From: a virus | Taxonomy: Duplodnaviria; Caudoviricetes | Strand: one strand, 5' to 3' | IMG/VR virus record: IMGVR_UViG_3300030419_003532 | Span: 588 to 64,587 of that record | Length of the DNA: 64,000 nt | In this document: in pieces, positions 17,701 to 27,500 of the stretch | How the letters are laid out: every line of letters begins with the position of its first letter | Position numbering within the stretch: the first letter of the stretch is position 1 | Position numbers and translations under genes: made by a program | Notes under the pieces: generated by a model | Database searches by the model: none | What the model was told of the DNA's origin: nothing | What the model saw: the letters and a program-made list of their open reading frames with translations, nothing else

Positions 17701-18397
17701 AATTGAGTTATTAAATATGTATATAATAGGGGAAAATGCTAGTTGTGCAGATGATTATAATGAATTAATGGATATACTAGAAATAACTAATTTAGATAAA
17801 ATTACAGACCCTAATTGTTGTGGTAATTATGATGTTAATCCTAATTTAATAACTGATGGTAATAATAATTATGTTAACCCTAATCCAGACCCTGAACCAT
17901 GTCCATGTCTTGATTCTAATCCATGGAGTAAGACAAATCAGATAGCTTCAGAATATAATATTGGAGATTATGTTACTGTAGAATATTTTAAAAATGCAAC
18001 TACATCTTATAATGTTTGTTATCAGCTTTCAGCTATTCCTAGTGCAGGATGGTCTGCTACTCCTGAATTTCATGAAGAAGTACCAGGTGAAGATTCTGGT
18101 AATTATTGGACTTATATACCATGTGATTCTGACGGAGGGCCTATATGGGGATGTACAAATAATACAGCTGTAAACTTTAATCATTTAGCTGATTTTGATG
18201 ATGGAAGTTGTGTTGGTCAATGGCAAGGAACTATTTATGGATGTACTGATGTTGCAGCGGTTAATTATGATTCAACAGCAAATACAGATGATGGTTCATG
18301 TGTATATCAAGGGCAAGAAGTTTATGGCTGTACAGATTCAAATGCAAATAACTATAACCCTTTAGCTACTATAGATGATGGTAGTTGTAATTATTAA
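14777..18397 (+). CDS. Large Cys-rich virion-surface/adhesin-like protein with SprB repeats and three GCTD repeats
   Basis: SGGTPPYTYSW...TGL...YVVAVTDANGC (SprB repeat); three GCT[DN]..A.N[YF]...DDGSC at the C-terminus; start moved to the ATG downstream of the promoter. Confidence 0.65.
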   Translation: MNHKIIDARGYTFAIGSFPRGGVSVGGKDFNGAYVDIVVWHADDTEIQEIDLVTGFQDITGDVDLNNNTVTHYDVLVGTDGPDGFYKNCSFARGYRLRYMDYDTSNGVQACPGNMPHISTERRIKITFNESAPGAGDASEAYIDIFVPGTNMNWTNIYDSPIVVDAQTISALPSGITPAIMAQPNFDVGGVCHPGVSGWYQSPPFCDGSGLGKDPFLGWNDGCIWYEPKQWERVSDPGSLQGQIHPFPHAGHVFTKSASGQGTLSHSSINEFTKTWQSDCTSCYGNDPALTGIGAPVLSNEYLPSGQFLGFYDHFGPNDGVVKLRDAYNVTPLGLNSLNLPNCASTRVQQPQPGGVYQDGYQRSQIHWIFGEEYWGTLYGNYTELLTAAQNPDYNKVDNRWMYGGALYNLECVPTADPCLTNPVIINPTAFGGTLQESNIGACDANITVNPALISGGTPGYTYQWEVSYDNGTTWTNFSTSLNISNLCPADYRLTVTDSLGCVTMASPIECLPGTTLPCVLNFNPTFAHNCTGTDLDVGLMAPTNTNTNISITWTHPSGNIITACQDNPLCSVDSGNNPGIYSFEIEDTSINGCVQTFSFPHVSVTPLTGTITGTDVTTPGGNDGTAIVMVSGGTPPYTYSWTTGDTTAAVTGLSAQCYVVAVTDANGCQASFSICIGEPVVIPTNVQPLDVCVRLASVYTNGAPDILPYFEFIDNQLYHPSGPNLPYSIAISILHSNGTPVYQGSLNNPDILIDNNSPTSRTYDFTTKYGMNNSILFPVDNLYFRPIDDIYTINMSWNFTGSTVADFSTSIQIDARDIRIFSDFELNNIVAYDCSASYVYGWDYTNYEIPPTTFTLTRTHELFAPTSSGLPAPAVSSGSQNISYPLYEGEWTGSVISDLIWNKPASPSLVPNQYFHPFCIKRIVSNNAIENVVCSVDPCLIQHFSKKIKNRYDKAVCDCDILKIKKYRKKYQRLIELLNMYIIGENASCADDYNELMDILEITNLDKITDPNCCGNYDVNPNLITDGNNNYVNPNPDPEPCPCLDSNPWSKTNQIASEYNIGDYVTVEYFKNATTSYNVCYQLSAIPSAGWSATPEFHEEVPGEDSGNYWTYIPCDSDGGPIWGCTNNTAVNFNHLADFDDGSCVGQWQGTIYGCTDVAAVNYDSTANTDDGSCVYQGQEVYGCTDSNANNYNPLATIDDGSCNY

Positions 18398-18408
18398 ATA
18401 AATAATAT

Positions 18409-19158
18409 ATGTCAAGAGTAAATTATAAAATAAATACATCAGAAAATGAATCTTCTAATAAGTTTTCTAGTCGTATTGGAGTTGGTAGAGTAAGAGAAAA
18501 AGTAGGTGTTAAAGGAGATTATGCTATAGTTAATTTTGATTCTTCATTTATATCTAACAATAGAGAAGGAGATGGTAGTTCTGCAAATCCTTATACATAT
18601 ATGTTAGATATAGAAGATAAGTTAGTTAATTCTATTACAGCTAATAAAAGTAAGGTTACTACTTTATTATCTGACAGTAAGTCATTAAAAGAAAAACTTT
18701 CTGTTATCGGGAAAAAGCAATTAGTAAATTATGCTTCTTCAAATAGTTTAATGTTTACTTGTGAATTACCACAAGAAAATATTAGTAATAATTTTAATCA
18801 AAAAAATCTTAAAGTAACTAGTCAAAAAGGATTAACAATAAAAAATGTATTTAATACATCATCAGTAGGATTAAAAGTTAAACCTATAAATATTAATAAT
18901 TTAATGTTTAATAATGGATTTATGGTTGAAGTAGTAGATGGAATTAATTTTTTAGATTCTAAAATTATAGTTGATTTACAATATGACATGGGAGATACAT
19001 ATACTTCAGCAGTCCCTTTAGATAAATATGATGTTAAAATAAAAAATATAACAAGAAAATCTTTTGTATTTTATATTACAGAAGATAAAATACCTTTAAC
19101 ACATCATAAATTATTAAGTAAGTATCATAGAATGAGTGTAACTTGCGTGATAGAATGA
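18409..19158 (+). CDS. Hypothetical protein, probable structural
   Basis: ORF track; GDGSSANPY motif similar to GTGTSADPV in the next gene. Confidence 0.55.
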   Translation: MSRVNYKINTSENESSNKFSSRIGVGRVREKVGVKGDYAIVNFDSSFISNNREGDGSSANPYTYMLDIEDKLVNSITANKSKVTTLLSDSKSLKEKLSVIGKKQLVNYASSNSLMFTCELPQENISNNFNQKNLKVTSQKGLTIKNVFNTSSVGLKVKPININNLMFNNGFMVEVVDGINFLDSKIIVDLQYDMGDTYTSAVPLDKYDVKIKNITRKSFVFYITEDKIPLTHHKLLSKYHRMSVTCVIE

Positions 19159-19190
19159 AAAAAATAATAGGAATATTCATAAAATTTGAG

Positions 19191-19198
19191 TATATTTG
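19191..19198 (+). promoter_or_regulatory. Promoter -7 element
   Basis: TATATTTG 22 nt upstream of ATG 19221. Confidence 0.6.
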
Positions 19199-19220
19199 TA
19201 ATAATAAATAACAGTATAAG

Positions 19221-20816
19221 ATGGCGATTTCATTAAAAGTAATATTTGATTTAGATAATAGTAAATTAAAAATAGAGGATAAAACAGATTATTCAAGTGG
19301 GTATACTACTGCAGTTCATGGAGTAATTGTAGCTGTTGGGCCTGGAGGTACTGTTCATGCTGGAGGTACAAATACTTCTCCAGATTTAACTGTACCATCA
19401 GCTGATTTTACACTTGCAACTCCTACTCAAACTTCAAGAAAATGGGATATAGCATTACCTTCTTCTTTAGGAGGAAATTGGACTATAACATATTATATAT
19501 ATGATAATTCAGGAGCTAGTTCTACAGCTACAGATAGTAAGGTACATGAATTTACTTATATACCTCCTGGTTCTGTAAATTTAAGTATTGCTGCTGTTCC
19601 TAGTTCTTCTCAAGTAACTAGTACAGATGGTACTGATTATACTTTTGGTAGCTTTACAACAGTAAGTAATACAAGAACACATCAATTATTTCCTCCTCCT
19701 GGAGCATTGGATTTTCAGGGAGACCCTATTCCTTGGCCTGCAGATTCAGGAAGTAGTGCTATACTTACTTATACTGGTATTACTACAGGAAATTGGACTT
19801 CTACTGTTTCTTCTATTCTTGAGCTTCTTTATGGTACTGGAGCAGGAGCTTATTATATATTAACAACAATAACTGGAGGTGCTAGTATAAATATAGATAG
19901 CGATTTAGGATTATGTGATGTTTATTGTTGTTTGCAAGCATTAAATTCACGATATGAAGAAGCAAAATGTAAAAATAAAGAATTAGCAGAAGATTATAAA
20001 GTAAAGATAGAAGATGTAACAAGACTGGTTACTTTGTTTGTTCAAGCTGTTAATTGTGGATTAACTTCAGATGCAGAAACATATTTAGCAGAAATAAAAA
20101 ATATATCAGAATGCGGAACTGATTGTAGTTGTTATGGAGATAATTCAATTCCAGCAAATATACCTATAGTTTCTTCTACTTCATCAAAAAGTTATCAAGT
20201 AGTATCTAACTCTTCTAGGCTTTCTGTTAGTTCTTCTGGTACTGGTACTTCTGCAGACCCTGTAGTTTATTCTTTAGATTTAGGTAGTTCTATAAGTGGA
20301 GATATAGATTATACTGCAGCAAATTTACAAACAGCTATTTCAACTACAAGTGCTGTGTCTTCTCAGTTAGATAATTTATCTTCAACCTTAGATAATCAAG
20401 GTTCTTCTCCTCAAAGACATACTTTTTTATTATCTCAAGTAATAGTAGGGGGAGGTTCTCCATCTTTTAGTGCTTCAGCTTCTACTGAGTTTATAACAGG
20501 GACAAGATTTATTCCTGCAAGTAATATAACAATTACTTCAGATAATTACGGGGAATCAAATTGGTTATTTATGAATAATGCAACTAGAGTTACAAATATT
20601 CATAATTTATTACCAGCTAGTACTGATTTTACTGTTACTGGATATTTTACAGAAGAACAAGATAAGACAATAGTAATAACAAATACTTCTAATGATAATA
20701 ATGGTTCTTTTGTTTTTAAAGTACAAAGTACAGAAAATTTCTCTGGAGTACAAGACGTTAGTAACAATAAATTAGTAGGAACAAGCAAAATAAGATTTAA
20801 TATAATTTCATCATAA
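19221..20816 (+). CDS. Structural protein, Ser/Thr-rich with a Cys-rich helical segment
   Basis: N-terminal ~300 aa resembles part of 14777-18397. Confidence 0.6.
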   Translation: MAISLKVIFDLDNSKLKIEDKTDYSSGYTTAVHGVIVAVGPGGTVHAGGTNTSPDLTVPSADFTLATPTQTSRKWDIALPSSLGGNWTITYYIYDNSGASSTATDSKVHEFTYIPPGSVNLSIAAVPSSSQVTSTDGTDYTFGSFTTVSNTRTHQLFPPPGALDFQGDPIPWPADSGSSAILTYTGITTGNWTSTVSSILELLYGTGAGAYYILTTITGGASINIDSDLGLCDVYCCLQALNSRYEEAKCKNKELAEDYKVKIEDVTRLVTLFVQAVNCGLTSDAETYLAEIKNISECGTDCSCYGDNSIPANIPIVSSTSSKSYQVVSNSSRLSVSSSGTGTSADPVVYSLDLGSSISGDIDYTAANLQTAISTTSAVSSQLDNLSSTLDNQGSSPQRHTFLLSQVIVGGGSPSFSASASTEFITGTRFIPASNITITSDNYGESNWLFMNNATRVTNIHNLLPASTDFTVTGYFTEEQDKTIVITNTSNDNNGSFVFKVQSTENFSGVQDVSNNKLVGTSKIRFNIISS

Positions 20817-20830
20817 TAAAAATTTAAAAA

Positions 20831-22369
20831 ATGGCAATAAGTAATTTAGGAAACGGTACAGGTAAGATATACATTACAGATAGTAGTGGGAATATAATAT
20901 CTAATCTTACTAATAATGCTGATGGTAAAAAAACTATACTAGCAGACGCTTTAACTAATTCAGCTCTTGCAAGCGAAACATCATCATTTTATACAAGTAC
21001 TAATCAAAGAAAATATTATTTGTACGCTAACAGTGCAGCAGCAGAAGGCTCTACATCTGGAGCTACAGAAATAACTAATTATATTGTAAATATAGGATTT
21101 AACAATAGACTTCCTTATTCTTCTGTTAGTGTTTCTTCAGGAATAGTAACGTATACAAGAAGTAGTAGCATACAAAGGATAATTGTAGATACTCAGTCAG
21201 ATGCTACAACAGATGATGTATTATTTATTAGAGAAACTAATAGTTTAATTTCTGATGGAGATATAATTATTATTGTTGGAGAAGCAATTACAAAAGTATC
21301 AAAATTTTGTGATAGAGAAAGCGACTACGCTGAAGAAGCATATGGGGGTACAGCATTGTCAGGAGTTGGACAAATGGAGTTAGACAATAATGCTCCGTTT
21401 AATACTTATGATAATAATCATACATTAATGTTAATGTATTCTACTACTACAACAAGATGGCATGAAATTAATAGAACCCCTTCTGCTGTTACTACAATTA
21501 AAAATTTGAGAGACAGTGATATTAATATTGCTGAGAAAGGAGCTAGGATTATAGAAACAGCATCTGGAGGAGATATTATAGATACTATTGCAGGGTCAAC
21601 GGAAGGAGTTACTCTTATTACTGGCACTCATAGTTTAGGTAGTGGTAATTATACTGTAGAAAAACCAAGCGGAGGAACTCCTAAAGAAGGAGATAGATTT
21701 ACGATTTTATGGAATGCTGCTTTAACTACTTCTGGAGCTGTAAATGTTTTTGGGAAAACTCTTACTGCAAGTCAAGCTTCATCAGGAGCTACTAATGCTA
21801 TGGAGATTACAAGTACATACGCAAATGGAGCTTGGCAAGATGGTCTTATTTCTAGAAATGATGCTGCTGCTGAGGATGCATTAGGTAATCCTACCTCTGA
21901 TGGTATGATTTTATCTTCTACTGCTGCAGGAGTTAGAAGCTGGACATCTTTAGGAGATAGTGTAGTTGTTAAGAAGTTTTCGTATGATTTTTCTGTTTCA
22001 GCAGGGGATGTAGGAACTATTACTCCAGTTGCTGCAGATGTGGGAGGTATACCTAAAGGAGCTATTATAGATGCATCAAAATGTTATATTCAATGTGAAA
22101 CAGCATTAGCTTCTAGTGGCTCTGCAACACTTAAAATTGGAATTACTTGTAGTGCTACTTCAGCAGGTTATCAAGCAACTGATGATGATTTCTTTTTAGC
22201 ACAAACTAATTATAACGCATCTCCTTTAGCTGCGGAAGGTACTGTTGCGGCAGGAGCATCTAATGTTGGTATGCTTAAAGATACTGCTACTCCAACATGG
22301 ACAATAGGAACAGCAGCATTAACAGCAGGAAAAATACACTTACATGTAGCATATTATCCTGCACAATAA
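20831..22369 (+). CDS. Probable fibre/structural protein
   Basis: Ala/Ser/Thr/Gly-rich; ALGNP...ILSST.AGVRSW fibre motif; jelly-roll-like C-terminus (IPKGAII...AGKIHL.V.Y). Confidence 0.55.
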   Translation: MAISNLGNGTGKIYITDSSGNIISNLTNNADGKKTILADALTNSALASETSSFYTSTNQRKYYLYANSAAAEGSTSGATEITNYIVNIGFNNRLPYSSVSVSSGIVTYTRSSSIQRIIVDTQSDATTDDVLFIRETNSLISDGDIIIIVGEAITKVSKFCDRESDYAEEAYGGTALSGVGQMELDNNAPFNTYDNNHTLMLMYSTTTTRWHEINRTPSAVTTIKNLRDSDINIAEKGARIIETASGGDIIDTIAGSTEGVTLITGTHSLGSGNYTVEKPSGGTPKEGDRFTILWNAALTTSGAVNVFGKTLTASQASSGATNAMEITSTYANGAWQDGLISRNDAAAEDALGNPTSDGMILSSTAAGVRSWTSLGDSVVVKKFSYDFSVSAGDVGTITPVAADVGGIPKGAIIDASKCYIQCETALASSGSATLKIGITCSATSAGYQATDDDFFLAQTNYNASPLAAEGTVAAGASNVGMLKDTATPTWTIGTAALTAGKIHLHVAYYPAQ

Positions 22370-22381
22370 CATCTATAGAAT

Positions 22382-23131
22382 ATGATAAATGTTAATGATT
22401 TATATAGATTTGTACAGTTTATTGCTAATAAAGAGCAATCAGGATTTATAACTCCAGAAGAATTTAATTTGGTTGCTGATAGAGCACAAATGCAATTTTT
22501 TATGGAAAGATATAATAATCCTGCTGAATATCAGCCTGGAAGACCTGTTCCTAGAGTAGCTTATCAACAAACACAAAAAGTATCAGATGATTTAAGAGAG
22601 TTTATAACAAGAATAACTCTTAATGTTCCTGCTACAGGATTAACTCCTTATCCTGGTAATTATGTTCATTTTAGCTCCGCTACTAATCCTTATGCAGAAA
22701 CAACTGTTACAGATGATGCTAATTGTGAAGGATGTAAAACAGAAGGAACAACTACATCTAATGTAGTTGCTAAAATGGCTGCTGTTAGACCTATTGATGA
22801 TAATGAATTACAAAAAATATTTTCTAGTAATATAGTTTATCCAGATGCTGCTCATCCAATTTTAGTATTTTATGATAATGGAATGCAATTTTATCCTATA
22901 GATATAGGACTTATACAGTTAACATATTTGAGAAGACCTGTAGCTCCAATTTGGGGGTTTACTCTTGTTAATGGCAGGCCTGTTTATGCTCCTGCTAATT
23001 CAGTAGATTTAGAATGGCCTGAACAAGTTTTTAATGAGATAGCAATTAGGATGTTAGCATTTATAGGTATTAATTTACGAGAAGCAGATTTAGCACAATA
23101 TAGTGAAACAAAAAGACAAACAGGAGTATAA
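22382..23131 (+). CDS. Tail ring / head-tail adaptor protein
   Basis: ANKEQSGFITPEEFN..A, YLRRP..P.W motifs of podovirus adaptor proteins. Confidence 0.65.
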   Translation: MINVNDLYRFVQFIANKEQSGFITPEEFNLVADRAQMQFFMERYNNPAEYQPGRPVPRVAYQQTQKVSDDLREFITRITLNVPATGLTPYPGNYVHFSSATNPYAETTVTDDANCEGCKTEGTTTSNVVAKMAAVRPIDDNELQKIFSSNIVYPDAAHPILVFYDNGMQFYPIDIGLIQLTYLRRPVAPIWGFTLVNGRPVYAPANSVDLEWPEQVFNEIAIRMLAFIGINLREADLAQYSETKRQTGV

Positions 23132-23133
23132 AC

Positions 23134-23760
23134 ATGGCAACAACTAAAGCACAGTTAGCAGAACAAATAGTCAGAATACTAAATTCTGGAGATATAACTA
23201 CTGATAATTCTATTGATTCAAGAGAAATAATATTAGCAATAGAGCAGGAAAGAGATAGGTTAGTTAGAGTTAGATTATTTGAATCAATGAATATGGGGGA
23301 AACCTCAATTCCTGGAGATATAGTTTCTTCTTTTAGTGAAATTTCTATTAAAAAAGATTTAGTTAAAAATTTATTATATTCAGAATTACCAGGAAGACCT
23401 ATTTCTTTAAATCACGATATGGGTATCGTTCATGTTAGTTATACTAAAGACCAATATAATGGATTTATTAGAGTTCCAAACAGCTCTTTAAGTTTATATA
23501 ATGGGCTTCTTTCTTCAAATTTAGGAGGTAGAGAGGGGTACTGGGTAGAAGGTAATAGATTATATTATACTGAAAGTGTTGATGATTGTTGTGGTAATAC
23601 TATTATACTTAAAATGATTATGCATTCTGGAGATATAGATTCAACAAAACCATTTCCTATTCCTGCAGATTTAGAGTCAGAGATTATAAGAAATATTGTT
23701 CAATTATATTCTAGTATGAAATCAGCTCCTAATGATGACCAAAATGATAATATAGAATAA
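23134..23760 (+). CDS. Tail ring/adaptor protein
   Basis: Position; C-terminal FPIPADLESEII. Confidence 0.55.
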   Translation: MATTKAQLAEQIVRILNSGDITTDNSIDSREIILAIEQERDRLVRVRLFESMNMGETSIPGDIVSSFSEISIKKDLVKNLLYSELPGRPISLNHDMGIVHVSYTKDQYNGFIRVPNSSLSLYNGLLSSNLGGREGYWVEGNRLYYTESVDDCCGNTIILKMIMHSGDIDSTKPFPIPADLESEIIRNIVQLYSSMKSAPNDDQNDNIE

Positions 23761-23761
23761 T

Positions 23762-24499
23762 ATGGCAAAAGATGTAACATTAAATGAAGTTGTTAAATCT
23801 ATTTTAATACAACAAGGAGAAACTAGTGAGCATAAATATATGCAATATCTTGATATTGCTATACGAGGACTTAAAGAGCTTACGTTTGATATATTACATC
23901 AGGTTAAAACAACAATATTAACAGTAAATACTAATTTAACAGTTGATTTACCTTGTGATTATGTTAATTACACAAGAATAGGGCAATGTAAGGATAATGG
24001 CAGAATTAAGACTTTAGGATATGACGAATATTTATGTATACAAAATAAGATAGATACTTGTGGAGACCCTGCAGCAAAAGATTCTTCAGGCCTTAAAAGT
24101 GTCAGTGGTGGTCATTCAAGAAATGGAGAGCTTACTGGAGGATGGTACGGTATGGGAGCTGGTTATCGTGACGGTTATTATAGAATAGATAGAGAAAGAG
24201 GTCAAATAGCTTTATCTTCAGAACTTTCTGGAGAATCTATAGTTTTAGAATATATTAGTGATGGTTCTAATGCTAACGGAGACATGAAAGTTAATGTGTT
24301 AGCAGAAGAAGCTTTAAGAGCATATATATGGTGGAAGGTTAATCAAAGAAGAAGAAATGTTCCTATGCAAGAAAAAGAAGCTGCTAGAAGAGATTATTTT
24401 AACGAAAAAAGACTTGCTAGAGCAAGAATAATTAATTTTACTCCAGACCAAGCATGGAGAATATCCAGAAAGCAAGTTAAGCAATCACCTAAATTTTAA
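23762..24499 (+). CDS. Tail ring/adaptor protein
   Basis: LPCDYVNY.RI, IVLEYISDG, AEEALRAYI, RLARAR. Confidence 0.65.
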   Translation: MAKDVTLNEVVKSILIQQGETSEHKYMQYLDIAIRGLKELTFDILHQVKTTILTVNTNLTVDLPCDYVNYTRIGQCKDNGRIKTLGYDEYLCIQNKIDTCGDPAAKDSSGLKSVSGGHSRNGELTGGWYGMGAGYRDGYYRIDRERGQIALSSELSGESIVLEYISDGSNANGDMKVNVLAEEALRAYIWWKVNQRRRNVPMQEKEAARRDYFNEKRLARARIINFTPDQAWRISRKQVKQSPKF

Positions 24500-24502
24500 T
24501 CC

Positions 24503-27500
24503 ATGGCTATTGAAAAGAAGATATTTTCAGGCGGTGGAATGGACTTTGATACTGACCAGAGATTTATTGCTCAAACAGATTATAGAAAAGCAATTAATTG
24601 TAGAATAGCTTTGTCTGACGAGGGAAATCAAGGGATAGTAGAAAATATACGTTCTAATTTTAGAATTGATAATACCCTTATTAATTCTGACGATATATGT
24701 ATTGGGGCTTATGAAGATAAAGATGGAGATAAAATTTACTTCTTTATTTGGGCTGCACCAGGAGGAACACATGGTATATATTCTTATGACCCTCTAACAC
24801 AAACAACAGAAGTGATACTTCAAAACAGTTTATTAAATTTTGATAGATGGCATTTAATTACAGGTGTTAATGTAATTGGTACTGATGAAGATATATTTCC
24901 AGAAGGACTACTATATTGGACTGATGATTTTAATCCTCCTAGAAAAATAAATATATTTAAAGCAAGAACTGGAGGGTATTCTGCAGTTGATTTTCAAGTT
25001 TTAGATGCTATAAAGTATCCTCCTTTAAAACATCCTAGCATTTCTGATTTTAAAACTGATATATCTGTTGAAAACAATCAATTAAAAGAAAAATCTTGGC
25101 AATTTAAATATAGATGGATATATGATGATTTAGAAAAATCTGCTTGGTCTCCTATGAGTATTAATGTTTGTGATGAAAGTTTTAATCCTGAATTTAATCC
25201 TGCAGGAACAGTATCTTATGAAAATAACTGTATTGGTGTATATTTTAATACAGGTCATCCTATTGTTCAAAGAATACAGATAGCTGTAAGAAATACAAAC
25301 GGAACAGATGATTTTGTTTTAGTTGCAGATATAGATAAAGATAATGTTAATGAAATGGTTACATCTTCACTACCTGCAACTTTTAATGGGCCTTCATCAT
25401 TAACACTAGATACTTCTTTAGCAGATAATCAAAATAGATGGTTTATATTTTATAACGATAGTGTAAGCTCTATGGTTAATGTCGTAGAGTCTAATAAGCT
25501 TTATGATAATGTTCCTCATTTAGCTAAAGCACAAGAAGTGGTAGATGGCAATAGGTTGGTCTATGGTAATGTAGAGTCAGGACAAACTGTAGATAAACAG
25601 ATAGATACAAGGCTTTCTCCAACACATCCTGTTGAGGCTTCGGTAGGAGGAGTGATTACTGACCATATTTTACCAAATGGCGAATATCAGATTTTCTCTC
25701 AACATTACGCTGGTAATAGTCAAGGAAATAGAAAATGGAGAGGTAAGGCTTATATAAGATGGAAATTCCCAGATGTTTCAGAAGGATGTAGAGCAAGATA
25801 TAAAATAAGAATGGAAAATTTTTGGTTTGCAGGAGCTTATGCTCATGGAACCAATAGCCAAGCTTCGTATTGTGGATTTGGTTCCCCTTACCATCATGGG
25901 TTTGTTATTTCTGCTGATATAGATTATACATCTCAACAATTTTCTGTTTATGATACAGTCCCTGAAATGATTGATATTATGGTTAATGAATTAAATAATA
26001 GTGGTTCTCCTATAGTTGAGGTTGTTGAAAGGCATAAAAGTGCGGGTGGAACCGCTGATAGGCTACAAACAGTGGGTTATATGGATGAGCTTAATTTGCA
26101 TCATTATGAATTTACTAATGAGGTTATTGGAGGAGAAAACTATCTTCAGTTAAAAATTCAAACAAACGGTACTATGAGGTACAACTGGTCAACCTACATG
26201 AACCAAGAAATTTATAGTCTAGACAGACAAAGATGGAATGCTGGTGGTGGTATATGTGGTAATAATTGTGGTATAGATGGATGGAGGTCACAAAATAATG
26301 GAAATTATGGAAATGGATATATTACTTTAGGTACAGATTACACTTGGATTGAGCAACTTTATGATTTTCACTGGAATCCCCATGGTCTTGTACATATGAT
26401 TGGAGGTCAAGATATTCCTGAGCACCACACGTGGAATAGTTGGTGCACTTGGGGAGCCATGGGAAATATTGAGCACTGTGGTACAGATGATTATACGGGT
26501 ACATCTTCTTGGGCAATAATTCACGGTAAAATTCTAAGAAACTATAAATATCCTGGTACAAATGCTAAGAGAACTAAAATATGGGGCAAGGGTATCGGTT
26601 ACACAGAACCTAATTGGTTTTGGTGGAGGGCAAGACATAATGAATTTTTAAGTGGTAATCATGTATCTGAAAATCTATTTCTATTTGAGGAAACTTGTGC
26701 AGATACAGATTTTAGAAAGGTAGTCCCTTCTTTTAAAAGTGGAGCTAAACATAGGTTTGGATTAGTTTATTATGATAGAGCAAATAGAAGTTCTTCTGTT
26801 CAGTTAGGTAAACGTTCTGATGTATATATTCCTAAAGTTGCTGAGTCTACTTCCGCTGACCCTCTTGGCTGGACAGGAGAATGGCATGTTGACTGGGAAA
26901 TACATCATTCTCCACCAGATTGGGCTACACATTACCAGTGGGTTTATGGAGGTAATATGCTAACAGATAATTTTATTCATTTTGTTTGTGAAGGAATATA
27001 TGATGGGATTCATGCTGTTAAGGATAGCGGCAGAACACATGCAACTACTAGTGGAGAGACTTACGCAGTACCAGAAGGAACTTATAGAGACAACTTATTA
27101 GTTGATATTACTAATATAAGAAGATTTGCAAGAAAATATAGTGGAGAGGTTGTTCATTATGATTTTGTTCCAGGAGATATTTTGAGATTTGTATTAGATG
27201 AGACTGACCAGCCTTGTGTTAATAGCCCTTATGAATTTAAAATTGTAGGCGTTGTAGGGGAAGGAGAGTTTAAACATATTTTAGCTTCTACTGAAGGAGA
27301 AAATAATACTGCTGGAGCATCAGGCACATGGGAGCAAGATGATGGAATAGGTGGCCAACCTGGACAACCAAAAGATTTTTTACTTTTATCTAGAGAGGTA
27401 GTACTAACCGAGGCTGCTGCGGGAGGCCCTTTTCAGGTTGATAGCACTATTGATTCTGGCCATAATAATCCTATATATAGAGGGTATAATATGGAGATAT

